Assembly (NCBI RefSeq): GCF_021028975.2
Contig: NC_059439.1
Location: 25,978,001-26,042,000, forward strand
DNA length: 64,000 bases
Direction: 5' to 3'
Origin: Sphaerodactylus townsendi
Taxonomy: Eukaryota
The stretch's first letter is position 1. Each line of letters begins with the position of its first letter. The translations under genes were made by a program, and so were the position numbers. The notes beneath the pieces are model-generated. The model saw only the letters and a program-made list of their open reading frames with translations. It was not told the origin of the DNA and searched no databases. This document shows, in pieces, positions 1 through 14,600 of the stretch.

Positions 1-181
1 CAGAAGCAACTCATCTCTGATTTGTAAAAACCCCTTACTGTAGCCAGAGGAAGAGGGGACTCCAATAGCGGGGAACGATACTTCGGATCTTGTAAAGCTT
101 ACGTCATTCATTTAGAAGTTGCCTTGGGCAGGTTTCCCAGAGGAGGTTGCATAGAGGTTTCCCAAATAAGTATTTGCTCAC

Positions 182-4306
<4,125 letters not shown>

Positions 4307-5600
4307 TCAACTCCAAAGAAAATAGTGTCCTCCTCAATCCTTTGCCCTGGAGTTATCTTCTCAGGTGAGTTTTTTTTCCAGCTTCCTTCTGTGAGTGGTT
4401 CAAATTCCATTTGTCTCCAATGAGATTTCTCCAGGCTGTAATGTTATACACCAGGAAATAGCCTGACTTCGTCATTTCAGCCCCATTTCTAGTTCTGCAA
4501 ACTAACTGGAACAAAATCAGGGCAAAAACAGGGACTGATTGGACATCCTCCTTTCCCCCGGTTACGCCTACTGATTTGTGTTTGCCTTATTTAACCTATA
4601 GTGGTTCTCACTGAGAATTCAGGAATGTTGCGTTATACTCTTGGCATCAAAGACTTCTGTTTCTCTCAGAGGAAATCAAGACAACTCATCAGTTTTTTTA
4701 AAAAATCCAAACCACAAAAACCTATCCTTCCTGCATCAGAACTGGAAACTTGTAGAAGGGCTTCAGTTTAAGCCACAGCTCAGCAGATTTCAGCCCCAAG
4801 ATTATCTGCAATATTTTATACTAGCCTTCTACCTAATAGTAAAATGACCATCCAACCCCACTAAAGTTGAACAAGAGGGCTGCCCAGCTAGTGGTTTCTA
4901 CATATTCAGGATTTCTCAGGTACCCTGAAAATGATGACTTTGTGAATTAACATAAAGCAAAATAGATAAAGCTGGAAGTGGACCATGTTCCCAGAACACA
5001 GAATGCTGAGAGTCCCAGTTAGGATCTGGGATAATGGTTTCAAACCTCCAGAATTAAGAGGATAAAATAAGGAAGGGGGGGGGGCAGATAATCTTTTTGG
5101 AGGAAGAGAATAAACCTGATAAAACTGAGAATTAAAAAAACCAAGAATCCCATCAGTACCCTAGTGGTGTGCTTACCTCTGCCCCTCAGGGTGTTTGTGT
5201 GTTTTGCTGTGTTAACCTTGTTTGTGTGTGTTTGTGTTTGTGTGTGTGTGTGTTTTGCTGTGTTAATCTTTTTTTGCAGTAAAATTAAATAGGCAGGACA
5301 GCTGTCAACTCCAGGTTGGGCTAGGAAATTCCTGGCATTTTAAGAGTAAAATCTGAGAGGGCAGATTTTGGTGAGGGGAGGGACTTCAGAGGGGTATAAT
5401 GCTGAAGAGTCTCCCTCCAATGAAACTGATCTCTGCAGTCTGGAGGTGATTTGTAGGTCCAGGAGACCTCCAGCCCCCACCTAGAGGTTGGCAGCCCAAA
5501 ACAGGAGCCCAGCAGCCCTCTAAAGACCAACAAACTGTATGAGCGTGAGAGCCTTCCTGTGTCTGAGTTCTTTTCTTTCCTGGGATGGCATGACCTAGAC

Positions 5601-6032
5601 CAGGGGTAGGGAACCTGCGGCTCGAGAGCCGCATGCGGCTCTTCTGCCCTTGCACTGTGGCTCCACGAGCCGAGCCGCCGGCTTCATCCTTGCCTGCCCT
5701 GCAGGCAGCAGGGCAGGCGCACCAATTGCCCGTGGCCGGCTGGGCAGTGCCGCGTGTTTCCCCTCTTCCCGCCTTGTTCGAGCGGGGCGGGCGCTTTCCC
5801 GGCGGCCGGCGAAGCCGAGCCGCTGGCCCCATCCTTGCCCGCCCTGCAGGCAGCAGGGCGGATGCATCCATGCGCTTCTCAGAATGAGTGGAGTAAAAGG
5901 TAAAAAACCCCAATATATACAGTGTTATCTTTATTTTAAATGTCAAAAATTATTTGCGGCTCCAAGTGTTTTCTTTTCTCGTGGAAAACGGGTCCAAATG
6001 GCTCTTTGAGTGTTAAAGATTCCCTACCCCTG
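5601..6032 (+). mobile_element. hAT non-autonomous element, copy 1
   Basis: TIR CAGGGGTAGGGAA / TTCCCTACCCCTG; exact 8-bp TSD ACCTAGAC. Confidence 0.85.
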
Positions 6033-6303
6033 ACCTAGACCCACCTTCCAAATCTGCCTGTTGAGTAATTACATCCTGCATAATTTTACTGGAAGCCCCG
6101 TCTTTCCTCCACAAATTCACCCATCTGTGCTTGTACTGCGCCCTCCCCATGGGATAAAATGCACTTTTGCAGTGTATTCTGCTTCCTTGACAAGCCAGCC
6201 AGCTGTAGTTCGACCACGCTCCCTAGTGGCCTTTGTCTATCAAAGCAACCTTTCCCTTTCTTTCCTACGCTTTGGATCCAGTGTCTTCAATCACAGGCTA
6301 GAC

Positions 6304-6722
6304 CAGGGGTAGGGAACCTTTAACACTCAAAGAGCCATTTGGACCCGTTTTCCACGGGAAAAGAAAACACTTGGAGCCACAAATAATTTTTGACATTTAA
6401 AATAAAGATAACACTATATATATAGGGGTTTTTTTTACCTTTTACTCCGCTCATTCTGAGAAGCGCATGGATGCGCAGGGCGGGCAAGGATGAAGCCGGC
6501 GGCTCGGCCTCGCCGGCCTCCGGGAAAGCGCCCACCCCACTCCAACGGGGCAGGTGAGAGGGGAACCCTGCGGCGCGGCCCAGCCGATCGTGGGCAGTTG
6601 GTGCGCCCGCCCTGCTGCCTGCAGGGCGGGCAAGGATGGGGCCGGCAGCTCGGTTGGTGGAGCCACAGTGCAAGGGCAGAAGAGCCGCATGCGGCTCTTG
6701 AGCCGCAGGTTCCCTACCCCTG
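6304..6722 (-). mobile_element. hAT non-autonomous element, copy 2 (inverted relative to copy 1)
   Basis: Same TIRs and internal sequence in opposite orientation; exact TSD GGCTAGAC. Confidence 0.85.
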
Positions 6723-7077
6723 GGCTAGACCAGTGAGAAGCCAGCTGCGAGGAGGAGACGTATGCAATTCCTAAGATTTTTGCAATTCCTAAGATTTTTG
6801 AGATTTAGGTTCAGTTTGCATTAGAAGCCTTCCCCTCTGGTCCCTTCCGCACATGCAGGATAATACACTTTCAATCCACTTTCAACGCACTTTGCAGCTG
6901 GATTTTATACAGAAAATACAGTCAAAAATGGTTGCGTTTGTGCAGGAAATGAGAGGAGCTCATTGGATCAAATTACTATTGATGACTGACAGACGCCATA
7001 TGATTAAAGAGATCGACATCCTGAAATTATATCCTGGAATGTGGCAGGCTGGGAGAGTACACTAAAAGATTCTTCAG

Positions 7078-7208
7078 TGTATTGTCGAAGGCTTTCACTG
7101 CCGGAATCACTGGGGTGCTGTGTGGTTTCTGGGCTGTATGGCAGTGTTCTAGCAGCATTCTCTCCTGACGTTTCGCCTGCATCTGTGGCTGGCATCTTCA
7201 GAGGATCT
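7078..7208 (-). mobile_element. Penelope-like (Poseidon-type) pseudo-LTR fragment
   Basis: Minus strand reads ...CTGAAGATGCCAGCCACAGATGCAGGCGAAACGTCAGGAG...GTGAAAGCCTTCGACAATA, typical of lizard PLE terminal repeats. Confidence 0.75.
7163..7205 (-). ncRNA. Minimal type I hammerhead ribozyme motif (PLE-associated)
   Basis: Minus strand: TCCT-CTGAAGA-T-GCCAGC[cacagat]GCAGGC-GAAAC-GTC-AGGA. Core boxes intact, stem I TCCT/AGGA, stem II with one mismatch, GUC cleavage triplet. Confidence 0.65.
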
Positions 7209-8189
7209 TAAAAGATTCTTTCTTTGTCAAATTTATTTCTGAATACAATATAAGGGGCCTCTGTTTCCAGGGGTTCAACAGGTATAGTGAATGTATAGGT
7301 TTTGGATTCTCCAATGTAGGTATTTTGTGATGCACAAAAAGATTGTTGAGATCACTAAGGATGGAATAATATATAAACAGCTCAGGAAATGTATTTATTG
7401 GCAGGTTGGTTTTCAAGGAACAAACCAGCACCACACATCTCCAGGTAGATGAAGTAGAAACCGGCCTGAGGCACAAATTTTAAACTGGCTATGCGTAGTT
7501 AGACTTGTGTTCAAGCACAAACAGACTTTTAGTGACTTGTCACTTAGGTTGGATGCTCTCTCAAACGTAGGATTTCCACACAAGCCTGCCCTTTCCTCAG
7601 AGTCAGACTAAAGTTTATGATTTGTTAATGTTCGATTCACTTTTGAGGATACGATCAAATACTTTGCAATAAAAAAATGCAGGAGAAAACTTTTTGTAGT
7701 ATCAAGTTATAAACCAGCAACAATAAACATGATTTTGCATCTTTGATTAGCGCAAGTTAAAATGCTATGTATCTTGACAAGAAAGCAATGGAAGAATAGG
7801 TGTTTTGTTTCATACAAATAATTATATTTATTCCTCAGAATTTATATATTTTAAAGTTTACTGTTTTCTTTATATTTTAAATTACCTATACAGTATATGG
7901 TGGGGAAGGGTGATCTTTTCAGTGCTTAGGGCCTCTAAAGGTCTTCATCTGATGGCGGGGGAGGTTGGTGGCAGGGTTTTGTTTTGTTTTTGTCCCTATA
8001 TAGCTTCAGGTAGATCTCCCTGAGTGGCGCCTGGGGTTGTGAAGCAGATCCTTCCACCTCTTGGCTATTAAAAATCAAGTCAGAAGAAAGTGGAAATCTC
8101 CCTGGGGAAGGTTATTCATAATTCCCTCTTACAAAGCTTGTTCCCTTCCCAGTTGAAAATAAATTGTGATTAGATTCCATCTAAAGAAG

Positions 8190-8620
8190 CAATTCTGTGG
8201 ATAAGGTCGGGGTGAGATCTGGAGATCCCCAAAGAAAAGGGTTGCTCTGGTGGGTGGGCTCTGCGGCACTGCACCCCACGTGGCCGGCGAAAGTCCGAGT
8301 GAGGGCGGAAGTGGCGTCGCGAGGGGCAGGCCTAGATGAACGGGCGCTGGAGAGAGGGCGGAAATGGCGTCAAAGGCCCGGGTGGGGGGAGGACGAGGAA
8401 GAAGCGAGGGGTTGGTGCTTTGGGCGTGCGGGGCGCTGGAGGGACGGGAGGATGGTGCTCATCAAAGAGTTGTGAGTATTGGGGGGGTCGGGGAGGGGTC
8501 GGGGAGAGGGCCAGGGAGTGGAAAGGGTTAACGGGGACGTGGTGGTGGGGGCTTTCCTCCAACAAGTGGGCGGATAACCGGCAGGCGATTCTCCCTGCAT
8601 ATGGCTGCCCCCTCTCCTTT
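8190..8620 (+). promoter_or_regulatory. CpG-island promoter of the PITP gene
   Basis: CpG/GC-rich; ETS motif CGGAAGT at 8306-8312, GTCGCGAG, YY1-like AAATGGCG at 8362-8369; ATG at 8452. Confidence 0.75.
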
Positions 8621-11600
8621 GATTTTCCTAATTTTTCCTGTTTTGGTGCAGAGCTGCCCAAGTGCTAGGCGCTGTACTTAAAAAAACAACAACCCTGCCC
8701 CTGGATGTGATGTGGTTTGTGTAGCGGGGGGTCCCTTTGCTTCCATTTTACAAAAGGAGCACTTTCATTAAATGCTTTTTTCTCTTTTTGCCCACCTGGC
8801 TGTCCTGCCGGGAGGTGTTCCTGGCCCCTGGGCAAGACTAGATCCCCTTTTCCCCCTGAGGCTGATGGGAATTGTAGTTCCTGAACATCTGGAGAGCCGC
8901 AGGTTCCCTACCCCTGACATAGCCAGATCCTGAAGCTGGGTTCTTCTTTGTGCCCAACGGTGCAGTCTCTGGGATGCTTACTCTCAAGGAAACCCTATTC
9001 CACTCAAGGGATTAATGGACTCACTCAATATTGGTGGAGGCCAGAGGGGTTGTCCCCAGATCAGTTTGGCGCTGCTTTTTAAGGAAAGTTTTAGGAAACT
9101 AGTCCTAGATTTCTCTTTGGCAGGAGGCCGGGCCATATGGTGGGTGCAGGTGATGGGAAGATGCTTAAGAGAAGATCTCTTGGGAGGGGTTGCGGGTCTA
9201 TCCCTGTCCCTGCTCCACTGGGGCTTTATCACTGTGCACTAAAGGACCACATTCCCTTAAAAGCAATAGTGTTAGCAGGGTGTATTTCAGTATCAGGAGA
9301 CTTCTATTTCCCGAGTTATTTTAGGATGTGAATGGGTGAGTGCCGTCATACTGGTTTTATGGCTCTTATTGATTGCTGTTGTTAATGGGTCTGACCAGTT
9401 GTGCTGTTCGTTGCTGCCAAGGGGTTGGATGTGTTCAACGGAACGTTTTCTGAAGCAAACTTTCATTTGCCAAATAGTCGAATGATTCATGTTTGGGTGG
9501 GGAGAAAGAAAGTAATCCAGGAAGCCGGCAGGGCAACATGCACAAGTTGGTCACTTCTGTCTGTTTAATATCTGGGCCTGCCAATAGAAGAGTATTTGAT
9601 TTTAAAAGGGTGGGGGAGGAATGTGATCGGCCAATCCTGTCAAACATACTTGCCCAGCTGCCCTTGTGTATTGCAGATCGACTCATCAGCAACCCGAGCG
9701 GGGTGGGTGGGGGACACCTTAAAAACAAACTTTTCCAGTCTTCATTTGGAGAGAGTTCTGATTCGCTGCAGCTGAATAGCCTGGTGGCTGTCTGCAGACC
9801 TGGCCTGTACTGTGGCCAATGAGTATTTACCAAGAGTAAAGGAGCAGCAGTGGCGTAGTGGTTAAGAGCAGGTGTACTCTAATCTGGAGAACCAGGTTTG
9901 ATTCCCCGCTCTGCCACTTGAGCTGTGGAGGCTTATCTGGTGAACCAGATTAGCTTGTGCACTCCAACACTTGCCAGCTGGGTGACCTGGGGCTAGTCAC
10001 AGTTCTTCGGAGCTCTCTCAGCCCCACCTACCTCACAGGGTGGCCCCTTCTGCACACGCAAAATAATGTGTTTTCAAACCACTTTCACAACTGTTTGCAA
10101 GTGGATTTTGCCATTCTGCACAGCTTGAAAGAGCACTGAAAGCAGTTTGAAAGTGCATTATTCTGCATGTGCGGAATGAGCTGGTGTTTGTTGTGAAGAG
10201 GGAAGGGAAAGGAGTTTGTAAGCCCCTTTGAGTCTTCTATAGGAGAGAAAGGGGGGGATATAACTCCAACTCTTCTTCTTCAAACATCTCGTTGGGACCA
10301 CTGAATCCTTTCTGCAGCTTCCGCTGAGGTTGCTCCATGGTCTCCTTGGAAGTAAGGCTTCTCTGGTCACTGCTTCACTGCTAGGACTAAAACACCCCAA
10401 AAATGGAGTCACACAACCTGCAGACTTCTAGTTATAATAAAGTTGTGCCTTGCTGTTGCTCAACAGCCAACATGTGTTATCCATCCCCTACAGCAGTGGT
10501 GGCGAACCTTTGGCACTCCAGATGTTATGGACTACAATTCCCATCAGCCCCTGCCAGCATGGTCAATTGGCCATGCTGGCAGGGGCTGATGGAAATTGTA
10601 GTCCATAACATCTGGAGTGCCAAAGGTTCGCCACCACGGACCTACGGTGCCTGTCGATATCCATGTGTTGATCAGTGCACCTCTGTTCCAATGCAGGGGT
10701 GTGTTTTGTCCAGTGAATATGGTACTCCCGCTCTGATTTATGTATCTCAGCAGAGAGAATGTAAACATGGTGATGCTTGACCATCTTGGGACTGATGTGT
10801 TTCCAGCCGCAAAAAGCAGTCGAAAAGTTTCAGCCTCACGGAACCGGCAGCTAATTTGATTGCCGTGCAATAAACTTGCCTTGTTTAATAAATATAAAGG
10901 TTTATAAAGGAATCTGGTTTACATGGAGTAGTCAAGCGGGGCTTTTAAATGAGACTAGCAGAGCTTCCCATCAAATGGATTGAAGTGTCAGCATTGTGTA
11001 TCTTTTAAAATCAGTAGTTGAGATTTTGGCAGCAGGGGCTGAAATTTTGGGAGACCCCTCTCTAACTCCTCTCCTTTCTTTCCTTCCAACCAGCCGGGTT
11101 CTGCTCCCTTGCTCTGTGGAGGAGGTAAGTTGCATTTTAAGGCTCTGCTGTTCAGAAGTTCACGTTCCCTGGGCAAAGTAAGCAAGCCTTTATGGGCAAA
11201 GACAGCAGTACAACAATAATAAAAACAGAGTAGCACAATTTGTACTGGAGGTGATGCACAATCAATAATTTATATTCTATCTTAAACCTTTGTATTTGTA
11301 TACCTTTTATCTCAGGTTTTTTATTGTGTTATGATTATTGTTATGCCAAATAAAGGCTTATTATTATTATAAAAACAGATTAAAAGCATATACAATACAG
11401 GATATACATGTTAGGACGAAGGAAATCTACTGGCATTTAGTAATTTCCAGGAGAAAGTCTGCCACTATCATACAGAGAGAAGGATCAGGGTTGTCCAACA
11501 AGTAGTGTAATCTAATTAAATCGGGGAGATCGGGTAAATGTAAAGGAGTGAGATTCTCATACTTGGATCTGATTTCCTTGAATCTGAGACAGTGTGGTAA

Positions 11601-14600
11601 TTGGTGGGCCAGAGATTCAACTGAGCCATCATTACACGAGCACAATCATTTAGCCTTTTCTTGCTTATTAAATCTGCCATGTAACAAGGCAGAAGGCATA
11701 ACATTAAACCTGGCGAGCATTATGGCTCTTCTTTGAGCAGGGTTTATTAAGCAATCCAGGTAGTATGCCAAGTGGCCCCGTTCAAATGGGAGAGAAAAAT
11801 ACACGAGGGAGCACGTTTTCTTGGCTGCGGTGATTAGGGTAGAGAACTCTCTATTCAATAGTTGACCTTTTAATTTCCTATAGGACAAAGGGCAAAGTGA
11901 ATCCACTGACAGTCCAATAGAGGCCATTTTTTCTTCAATTATGGAAAACCAGGGGTTGGAATGGGTGTCAGAGAGCAGACGATGGACCAGGGAATTACAG
12001 TCCGACCCTTGGCAAAGAAGCATGGGTGAGAATGGGTTGGAGCCAGTGGTGGGATTCAGCAGGTTCACACCACTTTGGCAGAACTGTTTGTTAAAATGGT
12101 GCTTGTAACCAACCAGTTGTTAAACCGGAACAGGTTGTTACATTATTTGAATCCCACCACTGGTTGGAGTGAAGTGTCACAAGGACAGGAGCATGCCCAG
12201 GTTTCTTTTTCCATGAGCGGCCCATTTAACCTGTTGTGTCTCTCTCCTTAGTATCAGGTTGGACAGTTGTTCTCCGTGGCTGAGGCCAGCAAGAACAACA
12301 CTGGTGGAGGGGAAGGAATCGAGGTCCTCAAAAATGAACCCTACGAACGGGAAGGGGAGCGGGGGCAGTACACCCACAAGATCTACCACCTCCAGAGGTA
12401 AGGGCCGCCCTGTGAAAGTACTCAGAGGCATCTGGAAACTTGGGCTTTGGTTTGATTCTTCCCTTTGCTTCTCTCGCTTGCAGCAAAGTCCCGGGATTCA
12501 TTAAGATGTTTGCCCCTGAAGGGTCGCTAGTTGTCCACGAGAGAGCTTGGAATGCCTATCCCTATTGCCGAACTGGTGAGCCCTGGGAAGCTTGGGGTGG
12601 ACGGGGAGGCAGACGTAATTCAGAACACATGAAGTATAACGGTACTTGTCAGGCTGAGAGCTGGGCTGGGACACGCAAGCTGTACACATAAAACTGGTGC
12701 GAACTAGCCACGTACACACAACTCTCTTGTCCTCCATGTGTTGGTTGCATTAGCAGAGACAAAGCAGGTATAAGTGCACTAACCCTCCTGCCTTGTTATC
12801 AAGAAGTTCAGTAGCAATGCACGTCCATCCGAACTCCCCTTTCACATTATTGGGGAATACTGTTTTCTGAATATGACTAGTCAACAGGGCAGGCAGATGT
12901 GCATGGACATTTCAAAGAATGGGAGGTCTGGTTTCGCTGTCTCTGTTGCAATAAATTATGGGTTTTGCATAATGCTTTGGGCATTCCAGGGAAAGCTGTG
13001 GCTCCGTGGTAAAGTCACATGCTTTGTGTACAGAAGGCCATAAATAAAATCCTGGTATGTCTAACTGAGCAAGTACCTCAGGTAACAGGTTTTTGCCAAG
13101 ACGCTCCTCCGCCTGAAGACCCCAGAGATGCTGCCAGTTAGAACCAACAACATAGAGCAGTGTTGGCGAACCTTTGGCACTCCAGATGTTATGGACTACA
13201 ATTCCCATCAGCCCTTGCCAGCATAGCCAATTGGCCATGCTGGCAGGGGCAGATGGGAATTGTAGTCCATAACATCTGGAGTACCAAAGGTTCGCCACCA
13301 CGGCCATAGAGATAGGCCCCTTCTGCACATGCAGAATAATGCACTTTCAATCCACTTTCAATGCCCTTTGCAGCTGGGTTTTACTGTGCGGAATAGCAAA
13401 GTCCAGTTGCAAACAATTGTGAAAGTGGATTAAAAGTGCGTTATTCTGCATGTGCGGAAGGAGTCATAGATAGTCCAGCAGTTTAATTCTGTATGTGGCA
13501 GCTTCTTAGATATTCATAAACTGGGAGTTTGGAATAGTATGATAAGATTTATAAATATGGCAGCTCTGTATTTATTTAGGGAGGATTTTTCTCAAGGTCT
13601 AATTAGGAAAAATGTTGTGTTTCACTGCAGATTCCAGAGGGGCAGGCATATGTATCAGTTGCAGCAAATGCAATAAGGAGTTTCGTGGGCCCTTTAAGGG
13701 GACTCTGGGATTTATTGTGGTATTTGAGGAAGGGAAGGACTATGGCATAGCAGCTCTGATGGCCCTTAAGGTGCTAGAAGTCTCCTTTTTTGTATTTGTT
13801 GCAACTGACAAACACAGCTGCTCCTCTAGGATCTGTCGGCATAGAAGATGTTGAATTTAGTTACGTGGAATGGAACTTGTATTGGCTTTGTAAAGACATT
13901 ATTTCATTGCACAGTTGTAATCCTTTTCCCTCTTTTCTTTTGCGGTCACGCTTGCTGCAGTTATCACGGTGAGTAACATGGGGAAGGGGAGTTTACAGGT
14001 GAACAGACAATGTTTCTACCACCCACCCATCCATCCATCCACCCATCCGCCCACCCATCCGCCCACCCATCCATCCACCCATCCGCCCACCCATCCGCCC
14101 ACCCACCCATCCGCNNNNNNNNNNNNNNNNNNNNNNNNNNNNNNNNNNNNNNNNNNNNNNNNNNNNNNNNNNNNNNNNNNNNNNNNNNNNNNNNNNNNNN
14201 NNNNNNNNNNNNNNNNNNNNNNNNNNNNNNNNNNNNNNNNNNNNNNNNNNNNNNNNNNNNNNNNNNNNNNNNNNNNNNNNNNNNNNNNNNNNNNNNNNNN
14301 NNNCTCCTCTGCAGGGCTCAGGGCAGCGAACAATAAAACGATAAAAACAGCCATATAATAGGGGTGTTGTGTGATTTCCGGGCTGTATGGCCGTGTTCTA
14401 ACAGCATGACGTTTCGCCTGCATCTGTGGCTGGCATCTACAGATCCTCTGAAGATGCCAGCCACAGATGCTGATGAAACGTCATGCTGCTAGAACACGGC
14501 CATACAGCCCGGAAGCCACACAGCACCCCAGGGATTCCGGCCGTGAAAGCCTTCGACAATACATTAACCATATAACAATACAGTAAAATCGGTAGCAACA

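Noticed and set aside
5386-6774. Several GC-rich ORFs of 80-186 aa
   Set aside because: They lie within non-autonomous hAT elements and show no transposase motifs.
9435-9833. 132-aa minus-strand ORF in PITP intron 1
   Set aside because: No recognisable domain or splice context; possibly decayed TE sequence.
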